64,000 bases of DNA from Eledone cirrhosa (taxonomy: Eukaryota): assembly GCA_964016885.1 (NCBI GenBank), contig OZ024742.1, forward strand, positions 76,756,001 through 76,820,000, given 5' to 3'. The position numbers and the translations under genes are program-made. The notes beneath the pieces were generated by a model. The model saw nothing but the letters and a program-made list of their open reading frames with translations. It did no database searches and was not told the DNA's origin. Below are positions 1 through 12,420 of this stretch, piece by piece; position 1 is the stretch's first letter, and each line of letters opens with the position of its first letter.

Positions 1-1480
1 CAATTGTCATTCGACATACTGCTTTTCAGGACATGTGAAATATAGTAGCCAAAAGCATTGTTTATATGCAGAAAATAAAACAAAACAAAAAAAATGTTTA
101 ATTCACCATCGTACGAAACGTAACAATAAGCTACTTAATTATCTAATCCCTTCGATAAAAAATTAGGATGGTAAAATCGTTTATAATCGCATATGTATCA
201 TGTAAATAACCTTAATGAACATTTCTATTCCGATTTGTAAACAGCTTCGGTTTACAGGAATTTAGATATCAGATCTATATCTAAATTGCTAATTATTCAC
301 GTCGTGTACATATTTTCATTGGGCTCTGTGCTCAAACCAACATCTTTTAGGATATAACTCATAGAGTGCTGATTTTCGTACTCGACTTAGTAAGATACGA
401 ATCTACGGAACCACATAATATATATATGTAGCGTTTTTGTTATTATTTCTGTTTACCATTTACATATATATATATATATATATTGCTGACGCCCTAAATT
501 GTCTTAGCTATACAAATATTCACCAATGTGTTCCATCAGCCTGCCTACCGTTACAAAGCTTTGGCTCATAAACATTAGTCAACGTGAACATTAAGTGAAA
601 GAGACTTCTTAAATGCAGCATGTAGTTTGAGTGAACCTGAAACAATTGATTGAAAGTCATGCACCATAACTCCACAATCTTTCCTTCACATCAATATTGA
701 TCTATGCCTTTCGCTGTTTGGTTATTATTTAACGCTTTTTTTCACATTAGATATATATATCCCTACAACTCAGCTGTTTATTATCTGTCTCATTATCTCT
801 TTATCTCTGCTGTAACTACTAATCTCATTCGCATTCATTTCTTGAAGTGGAAAATTCACTTTTCATATATATTCGATGTATATATATCGTCAATTCCTTG
901 CACATTCGTCAAACTTCTAAACTCTATATTTGATCCTGTTTTCCTTTTATTAATCGGGACAGTTAGATTAAATAATAACTTAATTACTGCGATAAATGTA
1001 ATTTGCTAAACTCCAAACTAACCAACATTGTCTATCCTTGCGCTTAGTTCAGAAATTGTTATTCATTTTAAGCAGCTGTTCCAAATTTACTGTTTCTTTC
1101 ACCCCAATGAGTACACAAGGAAATAATAGAAGTATTATAATTTTAAATATTGGTGAAAGTTATGCAGATATTGATGAGTATGTCAATAAAGATGGTAATG
1201 GTGATCGCGACAAGTATTCGGAGTATAATGATAATTCTAATTAAGATGATGCTAATTTTGATGATAATCTAAACTATAATAAAGTAAGGAACGCGGGAAT
1301 TTGTTATCCCGTTTGTAAAATAAGTTGGATTACATTGAATAAATAATGAATGAATATTACATAATGTTTCTACTAATTTCGTAACACGTGATTAAACATA
1401 TATTAAATATATTATTAAAGATTCACTTCTTTTAAAAGATTCAAATTTCAATACTTCCAGTATATCTATACGATATATAT

Positions 1481-1569
1481 AGAGAGAGAGAAGGAAAGAG
1501 AGAGAGAAGGAAAGAGAGAGAGAAGGAAAGAGAGAGAGAAGGAAAGAGAGAGAGAAGGAAAGAGAGAGA
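1481..1569. repeat. Purine-rich tandem repeat, 16-bp unit (AGAGAGAGAGAAGGAA) x ~5
   Basis: Directly visible. Confidence 0.9.
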
Positions 1570-1740
1570 TGAAGCGATTTGGGTTTTTTTTCAACACGCT
1601 GATGTGTGTGCGTGTGCGTGTGTGTATGTTGTTGTTCTTTGATTTTCTGAAATTGGTAGAGTGAGAAAGAGAGATTGTATGTGTGAGTATATAAAGAGAG
1701 GACTGGCTGTGACAGATATATATATATATATATATATATA

Positions 1741-1876
1741 GGATTAGAATTAGCCGTCGAAACGGCTTGTCTCAGCCGTCGAGGTCCTACTCGTTCCTAT
1801 TACCCACTCTACTACCCTAAGTATTGAGTACTTTGGTGCGTTATGGTCCACCTGTTTCCTTACCATATTTCCTTCG

Positions 1877-1880
<4 letters not shown>
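1741..1880 (+). repeat. Short dispersed repeat in (TA)n, probable PLE terminus with degenerate HHR 3' half
   Basis: Clearly similar to 9756-9887 (TAGC(C/A)GTCGAAACGGCTTG...TTCCTATTACC...TATTGAGTACT...GGTGCGTTATGGTCCA...CCTTCGTTAT); partial inverted copy at 8341-8381. Confidence 0.6.
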
Positions 1881-1926
<46 letters not shown>

Positions 1927-1968
1927 AAAAAAATTGAACGGAACAAAACAGAGAGGCAGTACGAACAA

Positions 1969-1999
<31 letters not shown>

Positions 2000-2090
2000 A
2001 AATTAAAATAAGGGTGTCATGTCAGAGATACATACGCCATATCCACTGTAGAATATGCTCCAAGATTCCAATGAATAAATCCTGGCATTT

Positions 2091-2540
2091 TATATCAACT
2101 AGAAATTGATTGACATATATATATATATTTAAAATAAACATATTAAACAATCACAGGGAATAATTTGTAAAAGTGTGTAAGCACACATTGTCAGGTAGGT
2201 AACTAATTAAAGTTTAACTAGAACTTTAAAAATAGATACCTTATTCGCAGAATTTGCTGTGTAAACACAGATAGTTAGATCTTCTCCCTTGTTGAACATC
2301 CAATTTTGTCTACTGTGGTTTACCGATCGATTAATGGTGAAATATATTTCTTTAATGAAATATATACAAGGAAGATTAATCAATTCATAAGGTATCTATT
2401 TTTAAAGTTCTAGTTAAATTTTAATTAGTTTCCTACCTGGCTATGCGTGCTTCCACACTTTTACAAATTATTCCCTGTGATTGTTTCATATATTTATTTT
2501 AGATATATATATATATGTCAATCAATTTCTAGTTGATATA
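2091..2540. mobile_element. Fold-back (inverted repeat) element, arms 2091-2244 / 2387-2540
   Basis: Arms of ~154 bp are near-identical reverse complements; spacer ~140 bp; right end runs into (TA)n. Confidence 0.8.
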
Positions 2541-2624
2541 TATATATATATATATAAATTTATTTATATTTATTTTTCTGTTTTAACATATATTTCTTTG
2601 TAAGATTTCACCGTAGATTTCATA

Positions 2625-5600
2625 CATGACAGAAAGTGAATATGGGACACAGAAAACATTTCTCATCTAAACGCATGGCAGCAGACGCACAACGACAAAG
2701 AGAGATGAGGGCAAATCAATCAAACAATAATCGCTCTACAACATCCCACCAAATTTCTACAAACGTAATTCAGTTAACACACCAACAACAACTTGCAACA
2801 AATACACCAAACGTTGAGAGATGAAGGAACAGTTCAATTGAAGCACTGGCAAAGAATCCTACAGATGAATCTTTCCAAGAGCAAACTCTTCTTTCCATAA
2901 TGCCAAAACATAATGCAGGGAGTCTCTTTGCCTCTGTTTGTCCGCACTGCAAAGCTTATCGCTGGCCACATGAACCTAAATCTCTGTGCTTCTTCCAGGG
3001 AAAAGTGAGACTCCCTCAACTTCCTCCTCCTCCACCAAATATACTGAAATATTTCGATATCACTCAAGCAGGAAATTCCTTTCTTCATAAGACACATGCA
3101 TATAATAATGTGCTTGCCTTAGCTTCAATTGATTGCAAAGAGATTAGAGCACCAGGATTTAGTCTCATATTTAAGATCCAGGGTAATATTTGTCACATTA
3201 TTGGATCACTACTTCCAAGTGATGCTTTACCCAAGTTTGCGCAGCTTTACTTCTATGATACACATCATGGGCTTCAAAATCGCTTGCATCATGCTAATTT
3301 AGATGATGCTGTCCGCCAGGAGCAGCAAGAAGGCTTGCACTCCTGCAACACCTAATAAGAAGCCTCAAGTCAGTCATTGAAATGCCAGTCTCTGAAAATG
3401 TGAATAAACCCACTGATTTTCATTGTCACACATATAATCTTCCCAGCGCATCTGAGATTGCTGTTATTCAACCTGATACAGTATTAGGTTTTTGGATGTC
3501 ATCATTCATAAAAGAGATGGTGGTCTTCAGAGGATTCATCAGTTGCACCGTTCTTATGATCCTCTGAATTATGTGCTACTGTTTCCTTGGGTGAATCATA
3601 GGTTTCAGGTTGGTTTGAAAATGATTGGCAACAACCACATACTCACACCCACTGATTTCTACTGTCATCGGTTTCAGGTTAGGCAAGGTGACTCTAACAT
3701 TATCAGGAAGAGCATGCGGTTGATGAAACAATATGCCGTAGATGCCTAGGCAAAAATAGAACAGTGTCGCCTCAAATGGGCCCGCAACAATCAAACCATG
3801 ATACAAACTGAAAAGTATGAGGGTTTGTATGATGCTGTGGCTGAAGAAGATTCAGTAAATGCAATGCAGACCGGAGAATTGTTCTTCCTCCTTCAATCTA
3901 TGGTTCACCTCGCTTCTACAGTGAGTGCTTTCATAATTCGATGACTGTAATTCGACACATGGGAAAGCCATCTTATTTCATCACAGTAACAACTAACCCT
4001 AACTGGGATGAAATAAAAAATAGTTTGCACCCTGGAGAAGAAACTAGGAACCGTCGCGATATTTGTTTAAGAGACTTCAAGATCAAGTATGACAGCCTCA
4101 TGGATGACATATTGAAAAGAAATGCTTAGGTAAGGTTGTGGCTGATTCTGCTACAATAGAGTGGCAGAAACTAGGCCTCGGTCATGTTCATTTTCTGCTG
4201 ATAATGGCTGAAGATAGCAAGCCCAAAACTGCTGATGCCATTGATCAGGTAGTGTACTGTTAGCTTCTTGATAAAGATACCAATCCAATTCTGCATAAGT
4301 TCATCACATCCTGCAACATTCATGGCCCATGTGGACAAGCTAATATGATGTGCTTATGTATGGAAGGGCTAGGATAACAACGCCATTGCTCAAAAGGTTA
4401 TACCAAGGCATTCAGACAAACCACATTTGTTGTGGAAACTTCCTTTCGGGAGTATAGAAGAAGGGATAGACACCATACAATCCAACTTAAAGGTCAAGAA
4501 TTTATTTTTGATAATCGTTGGATTGTTCCATACAACCATTTCCTCTCATTGAGATATCGGTGACACATCAATTGTGAGGTTCTCCACAGTTCCAATGCTG
4601 TTAAGTACTTATATAATCACAAAAGGATCAGACAAGATCACTTTCACTATTAAGGATGATCAAGGAAATTGTGTCCATGCACAAAATGAGATTGAGACCT
4701 ATATCAATGCACGGTACATCTCAGCCAGTGAAGCATTCTGGAGAATCTATAAATTTCCATTACATCATGGAAAACCGCCAGTTGAAAGGTTGCCTAGCCA
4801 TTTACCTGGGGGAATAAATGCTCGTGTATGAGCGAGGGCAGGAAGAAAGTGTTGTTTCTAGGCGACAGCCAATGATTAAGTTGACGGAATATTTTCAGCT
4901 GAATAATAGAGACCCATTGGCACAAAACATATTGTATATTGATATTCCTAAATATTTCACTTAGACAAATAAAATGTGGCAAAGAAGAAATAAGGGACAT
5001 CTGGATGGTGATCAACAATGTATGAGTGAATATCATGGACGAATTCCAACAGTATCTCTCAGTAGACATCAATCTGAATTATATTACATTAGAATGATCC
5101 TACATCACAAGGCTGGGTCAACTTCATACAAAGATTTGAGGACAATTGAAGAAGTTGAATCTCCAACATTCCAAGAAGCATGCAGGAAACTTGGTCTGTT
5201 AGATGAAGATGGAGAAAAAGACAAAGCTATGGAAGAGGCCTCATCCATTACGCTTGGTCCTCAGCTGCGAGAGATCTTCTGCACCATTTTATTGTACAGC
5301 ATGCCAAATGACCCTCTGCAGTTCTGGGAGAAATGGAAGAATTGTCTTGCAGAGGATATCATGCATAAACGTCATGCGCAGGTCATGTCCATGCAAACTG
5401 TGCAGATTGTTCTACTGAAGATCCAACAAAGACTTCAACAAGATGTCTTGGACATTGATGCCAACTATGGACTTCCTCGGCCAGACCCAACTATTGTTGC
5501 CATACCAGAAATCAACAGGGTTCTTATGGCAGAAACTGATTTCAATACACACCAACTGCAAGCAAACATAAATGAGCTTCTGCCAACATTGAATCCTGAA

Positions 5601-6900
5601 CAACTGGTTATTTTTCACAAAGTAATCACCTCTATAAATGGAAATGAAGTCAGAGATTTCTTCTTGAATGCAAGTGCAGGTACAGGAAAGACCTATGTCA
5701 TAAACATAATATTGGATTACCTCCGATCTAAAACAAAATTTGCACTTGCCATTGCCATATCTGGAATAGCAATCACTTTGCTTCATCACTCTTCATTCCA
5801 AGTGCAATATTCCTCTCAAAGTGACTGCTGAATCAGCTTGCCTCTTCACAAAGAGGGATGACACAGGTAAACCTATGCAGCAAGCTGACCTGCTAATTGT
5901 TGATGAGATAGGTATGGGACATAAGAATATCTTTGTATGCTTTTACAGGAGCTTCAAAGATGTTCGAGATTGCAAAAAGCCATTTGGTGGTCTAACAGTA
6001 TTATATTACTATCTGGTGACTGGAAGAAAATTATTCCAGCTGTACCTCAAGGTACTAGACCACACATAGTTTAGTCAACCATCAAGAGATCCTATCTCTG
6101 GGACTATGTGGAAACCATGGAGATGACAACCAATCAACGGTTAATTAATTCAGGGGATTCTGATGAAAGACATTTTTCAAACTACCTTCTTGATGTGGGA
6201 AATGGTAACATTCCAACTGTTCCAACTGTAGGTGCATTCACAATTATTCTGCCAAATGAACTTTTCTGGAACATGGTAATGTCTCTGGACTGTGTAATTT
6301 CGTGTATACAAATCTTCCAGGAAACTACACAAACCCACTATGGCTTGCAAATAGAGCCATTATCACCGCAACAAATGATGCAGCAAGATTGGTGAATGAG
6401 TCCATGGTCATGAAATAATCTACAGAAGCTCTGATACAGTAGATAATGAACAGCAATATCCAATTGAGTTGATCAACAAACTTACCCCATCAGGTTTCCC
6501 AACACACATACTTAAACTGAAGAAAGAGAGTTGCATCATGCTTCTGAGAAATCTGGATCCTCTAAACGGGCATTGCAATGGTACACGCTACATCATCATC
6601 AGTTTACATAATCATGTAATTGAAGCTGTAGTGGCATTGGGACCCAATGCTGGAACAAGATTGCTAATCCCAAGGATACCACATGCATCTCAAGAGATTG
6701 AGTCCCCTTTCACCTATACTCGAAAGCAATTTCCTATCAAACCAGCATTTGCCCTTACATGCAAAAAGGCATAAGGGCAGACATTTGAAATGATAGCTGT
6801 TTATCTACCAACAAAATTCTTCTCAGATGATCAGATGTATGTTGCATTATCAAGAGTTACAAAAAAAGAAAATATAAAAATATTATATTATAAAAATATT
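2625..6900 (+). mobile_element. Helitron, degraded Rep/Helicase (RepHel) pseudogene
   Basis: Fragmented ORFs 2900-6774 carry Helitron motifs in the expected order: YNNVLALAS, FKIQG, PKFAQLYFYD, SYDPLNYVLLFP, GSPR, GKPSYFITVTTNPNW (Rep motif 1), IEWQKLGLGHVH (motif 2), DNRWIVPYN, ARYISASEA. PIF1-type helicase motifs follow: GTGKT, LIVDE, PFGG, LLRNLDP..GHCNGTR, RKQFPIKPAFALT, YVALSRV. Many stops and frameshifts; termini not identified. Confidence 0.95.
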
Positions 6901-7069
6901 ATCACCTTTTTTTAATGTATCATGGATTACTTTACTGATTACAGAAGTAAGTGTTACACAGTCTTTGCTCAGTTTATGTGCATATTGTCAATTTACGTAT
7001 CATATCGATGTGCATATATCTTTGCGTATATGCACACTATACTATGCACACTATAAATGCTAGTGTGGT

Positions 7070-7225
7070 TAATGACGATGCTGAAGATGATGAAGAGGAT
7101 GCTGTTGCTTATGATGATTATGATGATGGTGATGAGGATAAATATTATGACGACAATGACGATGAAGATATTGTTGATGACTATGACGACAACGAAGAGG
7201 ACGATGATAATGGTGATGATTATTG
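7070..7225. repeat. Degenerate (GAT/GAC)n trinucleotide tract
   Basis: Directly visible; explains the Asp-rich ORF 6951-7292. Confidence 0.85.
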
Positions 7226-8414
7226 TGAGGAAAACAGTGTGCTGCCGATGAAATGCATTAGTTTTAACGATTCCCAAGCTGTCACTGCTTAAAACAGAGA
7301 TATGATGATAAGCAAAATGAGTTCGAAGATGCTATTAATAATGAGTTTGCTCATCATCACTATATTCATCATCAACAACATTTGGAGTGGCATCATCATC
7401 ATGTTCATCTTCACCACACTCACACATCAGCACAATTAGCTGCAACGTTAGCATCACTATTAGTAAACATTCTATGGGATACATAGCACGATGCTCATGA
7501 ATATGTTAGAAAAAAAATAACAGTGACAACGACGACTATCTACGAGAATAATGATAATGGTAACTATGGCATCTTGGACATCTATAAATTTATTTCAGTG
7601 TAAAGCGATTACATGCAAAAGACACACACACACACAATCTCATCTTTAAAATCGTAATATATATACTCAGTCACTCACATTCACAAGCAACAAAAAACAC
7701 ACATGTACACGCAGAAATGTAAAATATAGCAACACTTTCTAACCAAATCAATTGCATTACAATTTAATTTCCTCGCGTCTTAATGTCCGACCATCTCCAA
7801 TACAGAATCATCGAAACGGTTATTAATAAAACCAGTGAATCCAACTTCTCTACCAAAACTCCTACTCTTCAATGGTTGCCAATTTGGCATGCTTTCAAAG
7901 TACAGCAAATCATAAAATAAATAAAAATAAAATCTAAGATGAAGGAAGCTGCAAATAAAAGGAAAAGAAAAATATATTCCCAAGGCAATTTCTTAGTGTA
8001 CGACGTCACGAAATAATTTTCTTTCAAAGGAAGACCTGACGAATCTGAGAACATTTAGATCTTACTTATAAGAAAAGAAGGCTTTGTTGTAAGACCTGAC
8101 ACTTATAACTACGTACAATAGCTTGGCCCACATTTTAATGCTGCTTCGACGTGGAATGATTCGTAACTTCAATCGATTTGGTGTAACATATACTATATCT
8201 GTGGTGGGGTAGATTCAGTGTAATATTTCCAGTAGTATGTACACCCACGCCGACACAGATAAACTTCACCATGCTGAAAGGGTGATAAATTGACATAAAC
8301 GCAACAATATTATATATATATGTAATTATAAAAAAATAGTCAAGACCACGACAGCGGAGATCCGGCCGTTTCGACAGCTACGACACCTTATTTGTTATAT
8401 GCAATTATATATAT

Positions 8415-8990
8415 ATATGGTCAGTTCACCAGTTGGTGCTACTGGTGACATGTGTCCCAGTACAACCTATCTCATGGTCAGGTTGTTGGCGACTAAACTG
8501 GCAACCCCACCAAGGTTTCTTGGTGAGGAGGGTGACTTTGGACATCCTGCAGGACTAAAAACAAAACCTGTCAAAGGGAAAAGGAGCTCTTAAGAGTCAA
8601 TGACCATCCAAAATCACCGGAGAGATGACCCCTTAGCCTATGTCAAGGTAGAATTCTAGGAGAATGAAAACTCTGATATAACACCTGCAACCCTAATGGT
8701 ATCCAATTATGTTTACCTGTTCTTCTTTTTGGTAAATATCATCTTGGTTAAGAGAGAGGGACTGGCTTTGTGCAGTGCCTTTGCTCACTATAAAAGCTTC
8801 ACGGCACAGGCATTGCTTTATATCTGGAGATCTCTCTGCACTTGTCGTCACATTGTACCATGGGCCCAGCACTATGTGTCAATAATTTTCACAAGTGTAG
8901 TGTTTGTACCAGAGTTTTCAAGTCGCTGGCTGGACAAAACGTGACACTCATTCAGCGCATCGGTAGGGGTTCTCCTACATGGACATAAAG
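8415..8990 (+). mobile_element. Probable RTE-type LINE 5' UTR or non-autonomous derivative
   Basis: Relatively GC-rich island between TA runs. It contains GGCGACTAAACTGGCAACC and CTAGGAGAATGAAAACTCTGA, which resemble RTE-clade 5' leaders (recognition from memory). No RT ORF follows. Confidence 0.45.
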
Positions 8991-9045
8991 TAGTGGCCGT
9001 ACTCGAAAACGAGTTGGCAGTCACCATATATATATATTTAATTGC

Positions 9046-9109
<64 letters not shown>

Positions 9110-9113
<4 letters not shown>

Positions 9114-9623
9114 GACTATATGAGAGGGATGAACAAATATATGAGTATACATGTGTTACAATTGCAAATGACCAAGTTATATAGGTTGAAAAAGTACTAA
9201 TTTAAAACAATATGGTTTGCCTGACTCGATTTAAAGTAATAAATCAATAAAAATAACAAACTTATATCGGGCAACAGCCTTTGATACCCGGACATATCTA
9301 AATCTGTTTTGTAAGACATGTGCTTTTATATCAGCATATCATTCACTCTTCTTAGTTCCTTTGAAGTGAAAGCTACCCTCAGAAGAGCACAGGAATTGTG
9401 GCTTTCACTTAATAATTCTTGCGCAACAGATTTAGGTATGTCCAGGTATCAAAGGCTGTTGCCCGATATAGGTTTGTTATTTTTATTGATTTATTACTTT
9501 AAATCGAGTCAGGCAAACCATATTGTTTTAAAATAGTATTTTTTCAACCTAGCTAACTTGGTCATTTGCAATTGGAACACATGTATACTTATATCTGTGT
9601 TCATCCCTCTCATATATTCAATT
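9110..9623. mobile_element. Fold-back element, arms 9110-9308 / 9425-9623
   Basis: Arms of ~199 bp are near-identical reverse complements; spacer ~116 bp with an internal hairpin (AAGTGAAAGC...GCTTTCACTT); abuts (TA)n. Confidence 0.85.
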
Positions 9624-9719
9624 ATATTACACGGCTCGGAAAGATTCCCTTCTTTGAGTTATTTATTTGTAAAAGACTGTTTTTGAGTTTCTAACTCAAT
9701 CTATAATATATATATAGGA

Positions 9720-9883
9720 AAATGTTTAACTCCGACGGCTATGGCTGTCCAGAAATAGCAGTCGAAACGGCTTGAGCTCTGCTGTCGGGGTTAAACATGT
9801 TCCTATTACCTACTCTACTACGCTAACTATTGAGTACTCTGGTGCGTTATGGTCCATCTTGTTCCTTTCCACACTTCCTTCGT

Positions 9884-9887
<4 letters not shown>
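9720..9887 (+). repeat. Second copy of the 1741-1880 repeat family
   Basis: Shared sequence with 1741-1880; ends in (TA)n. Confidence 0.7.
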
Positions 9888-9944
<57 letters not shown>

Positions 9945-10286
9945 AGTATATGTTGGTTGTTTACCGATACTTCAGTATGCAGTTTGGAGCACTCGACGAT
10001 GTACGCAGGCTGGTTTGTTTACTCCAGAGTAATGTAAAATATGATTCAAGTTCCTAAGAGAAATAACAGAACAACGAGCAGCTGGACATATCGATGTATT
10101 GACGGAGTAAAACACACTTCAACAACATGTGTACCTGTCTTTCCCACACCAATTCGGACTGCCTGAACAGGTCACAACCAATGATGGCTATCACCGTAAT
10201 ATATATAGCAGTATCTATAATTTATAATAAACGAAGCCAAATTTTACATATTTGAATTAATTATTTTATATATATATAGGAGTGAG

Positions 10287-11635
10287 CACTAACAGCGATT
10301 GGATGTACAGTAGGGTTCATTCAAAATATTAACAAATGTTTCATAGTCCGGTGTGTCTAAAAACCGCTATCCACAGAATTATGTAGCCTTGATTTTAATT
10401 ACAATTGACACCCGACTAAATTTTCTCAATATTTGGTGTATATGATACAGTGCGCTAGTATTTATAGATACAGTAACACAAAGGCACTGGCAAATACAAT
10501 CTGGCAGCTTAAGAACAATAATCAAAGATATGAAATTAGCTAGTCGAAATTATCGAATGCCAAAGCCTACACGAATCGGATGTCTCAATGTGGACTATGC
10601 GATATGGAATTACTTCATATTCTGCTGTATAATAAGACGCTGCTAAACAGCAAAATCGAGCGGACAATTTTCTGTAACCTCAAAGCCGATAGCAAACCTT
10701 CGAATTACAAACTGAGATAAACAAGATTCGATCCTGCAACCTAATTATCCATATAAACAACACAACTCCCCGGACGTATAGCGTCTGTAAAATTGGCGCC
10801 AACGAAGCACTTTAACACCTCCTTACTACAGTTAACGGTGAATACCGTACGAGCGAAAGCTTTATGTATCACTTCAAAAGTTACACCATCAACAAATAGA
10901 AAGCTAAATAATAAACCTCTGACCAATCAGAGTAAGCGACACTCCCTCAGTGATTGTATTCATTATTTAAATACCTTGCCTCACATACAGCACCAATCAC
11001 CGTTTATAGCTAACATCAACACCCAATCTTCACCTCTACCCATTAAGTTTCCACTTTTCAAAATACCCCCAATCCTAATTACCCATCTATTATCATTTTC
11101 ATTTTGTTGTATATTCTTTTGTTTTATTTTTTTATTTCATCTTATCCCACTTTTTTACACTGTCACCATTATCCTTTCGTTTCATCTCATCCAATTTTAT
11201 TACACTGTCCAGTTAGCTTGAATCCTCACTTGATACTTCCCGTCTTTACTTTCAACTCTACCGGTATTTATATTATAGTTTACTAATTTTTTTTTTTTAC
11301 TGTTTTATTATTTTCCTTATCTTATCTTTTCATAGCACTTTTTTTCATGTTATTATTATTACTATGTTTTCATGCAATTATCCTAATATCCCCCTCTTCA
11401 CTATACTTACCTTCTTATTATTATTCTTGTTAATTTTCATGTATCTATAGATACTAGCGCACTATATCATATACACCATATCACTATTTTGAAAATTTGG
11501 TCGGGTGTCAATTGTAATTAAAATCGAGTGCCGAAGCATACTGCAAATAACGGTTTTTAGACACACCGAACTAAGATAAAAAATGTTAATACTTCAAAAA
11601 ACCCGTACTGTACAGCCGATCCATGGATTGTCAGT
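10287..11635 (+). mobile_element. 5'-truncated Penelope-like element with inverted terminal duplication
   Basis: Inverted arms ~10287-10471 / 11441-11635. The interior frame from 10481 reads KALANTIWQLKNNNQRYEIS*SKLSNAKAYTNRMSQCGLCDMELLHILLYNKTLLNSKIERTIFC, matching the C-terminal part of PLE GIY-YIG endonucleases (IWxLK, CxLC..E, LNxKxE..C). Confidence 0.7.
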
Positions 11636-11797
11636 ATCGGTGGAGGGTCGCACGCCATGCTTTGCAGTACATATTTACGGCTCTTTACGTTCTGTGTTCA
11701 AATCCCGCCGAGGTTAACTTTGCTTTTCATCCTAAAGGGGTCGATAAAATATATACCAGTAATGCACTGGGCCAAAAGTAGAAACAATTATTATTAA
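11624..11797 (+). mobile_element. tRNA-derived SINE (resembles octopus OK-type SINE)
   Basis: B-box-like GTTCAAATCC, conserved body GAGGTTAACTTTGC..TTCATCC..GGGGTCGATAAAAT, tail GCCAAAAGTAGAAACAATTATT; homologous copies at 12231 and 43.3-43.7 kb. Confidence 0.8.
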
Positions 11798-11845
11798 TAC
11801 TCCAGGAACCGCTACCTAAGATTTATATATATATATATATATATA

Positions 11846-12058
11846 TGAGTGGTTAGAGAATTGGATTCACAATCTTGAGGTTGTGAGTTCGATTCCTGGA
11901 CCGGGCGATGCGTTATGTCCTTGAGCAAGGCACTTTATTTCACGTTGCTCCTTCTACCTGGAGTTGCGACCGATAGATAGTATTAGCAACTGGAAAGACT
12001 AACGGAAACATTGTTTCCTCGGTCCGATTTGACGGAAGTCGATCGCTAGAAAATAAAA

Positions 12059-12060
<2 letters not shown>
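11846..12060 (+). mobile_element. Second tRNA-derived SINE family
   Basis: tRNA-like head GAGTGGTTAGAG...GAGTTCGATTCC, then GTCCTTGAGCAAGGCACTT; 3' part 11960-12032 is homologous to the inverted copy at 14959-15030. Confidence 0.7.
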
Positions 12061-12110
<50 letters not shown>

Positions 12111-12230
12111 TATATATAATATATCTAATTCGGCATTTTTCTCACTCCCGGTTAATGATGCGAGATCTAACGTTTATACCGGAAATAATTATCTCACAGA
12201 CTTTTGAAAATAAATTGATGGGCATTATAT

Positions 12231-12420
12231 CGGTGGATTGGCAGTATCGGTAGAGAGTCGGACACCATGCTTTGAAGCATAGAGTTACGTCCCTTTATGA
12301 TCTGAGTTCAAATCCCGCCTTGGTTAACTTTGCCTTTCATCCTTACGGGATCGATAAAATAAAGTACCAGTAATACACTGGTTGATTGCTGGCCTTGTGC
12401 CAAAAGTAGAAACAATTATA
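12231..12420 (+). mobile_element. tRNA-derived SINE (same family as 11624)
   Basis: GGATTGGCAGTATCGGTAGAG...GAGTTCAAATCCCGCC...GGCCTTGTGCCAAAAGTAGAAACAATTAT. Confidence 0.85.

Noticed and set aside
6951-7292. Acidic Asp-rich ORF after the Helitron
   Set aside because: Explained by the (GAT/GAC)n repeat.
1751-8381. Inverted GTCGAAACGG motifs bracketing the Helitron as possible Helentron subterminal repeats
   Set aside because: A third, longer copy sits at 9720-9887 outside the Helitron, so this is a dispersed family.
11846-11905. tRNA gene
   Set aside because: It has A/B-box-like motifs but no complete acceptor stem, and it continues into a SINE body.
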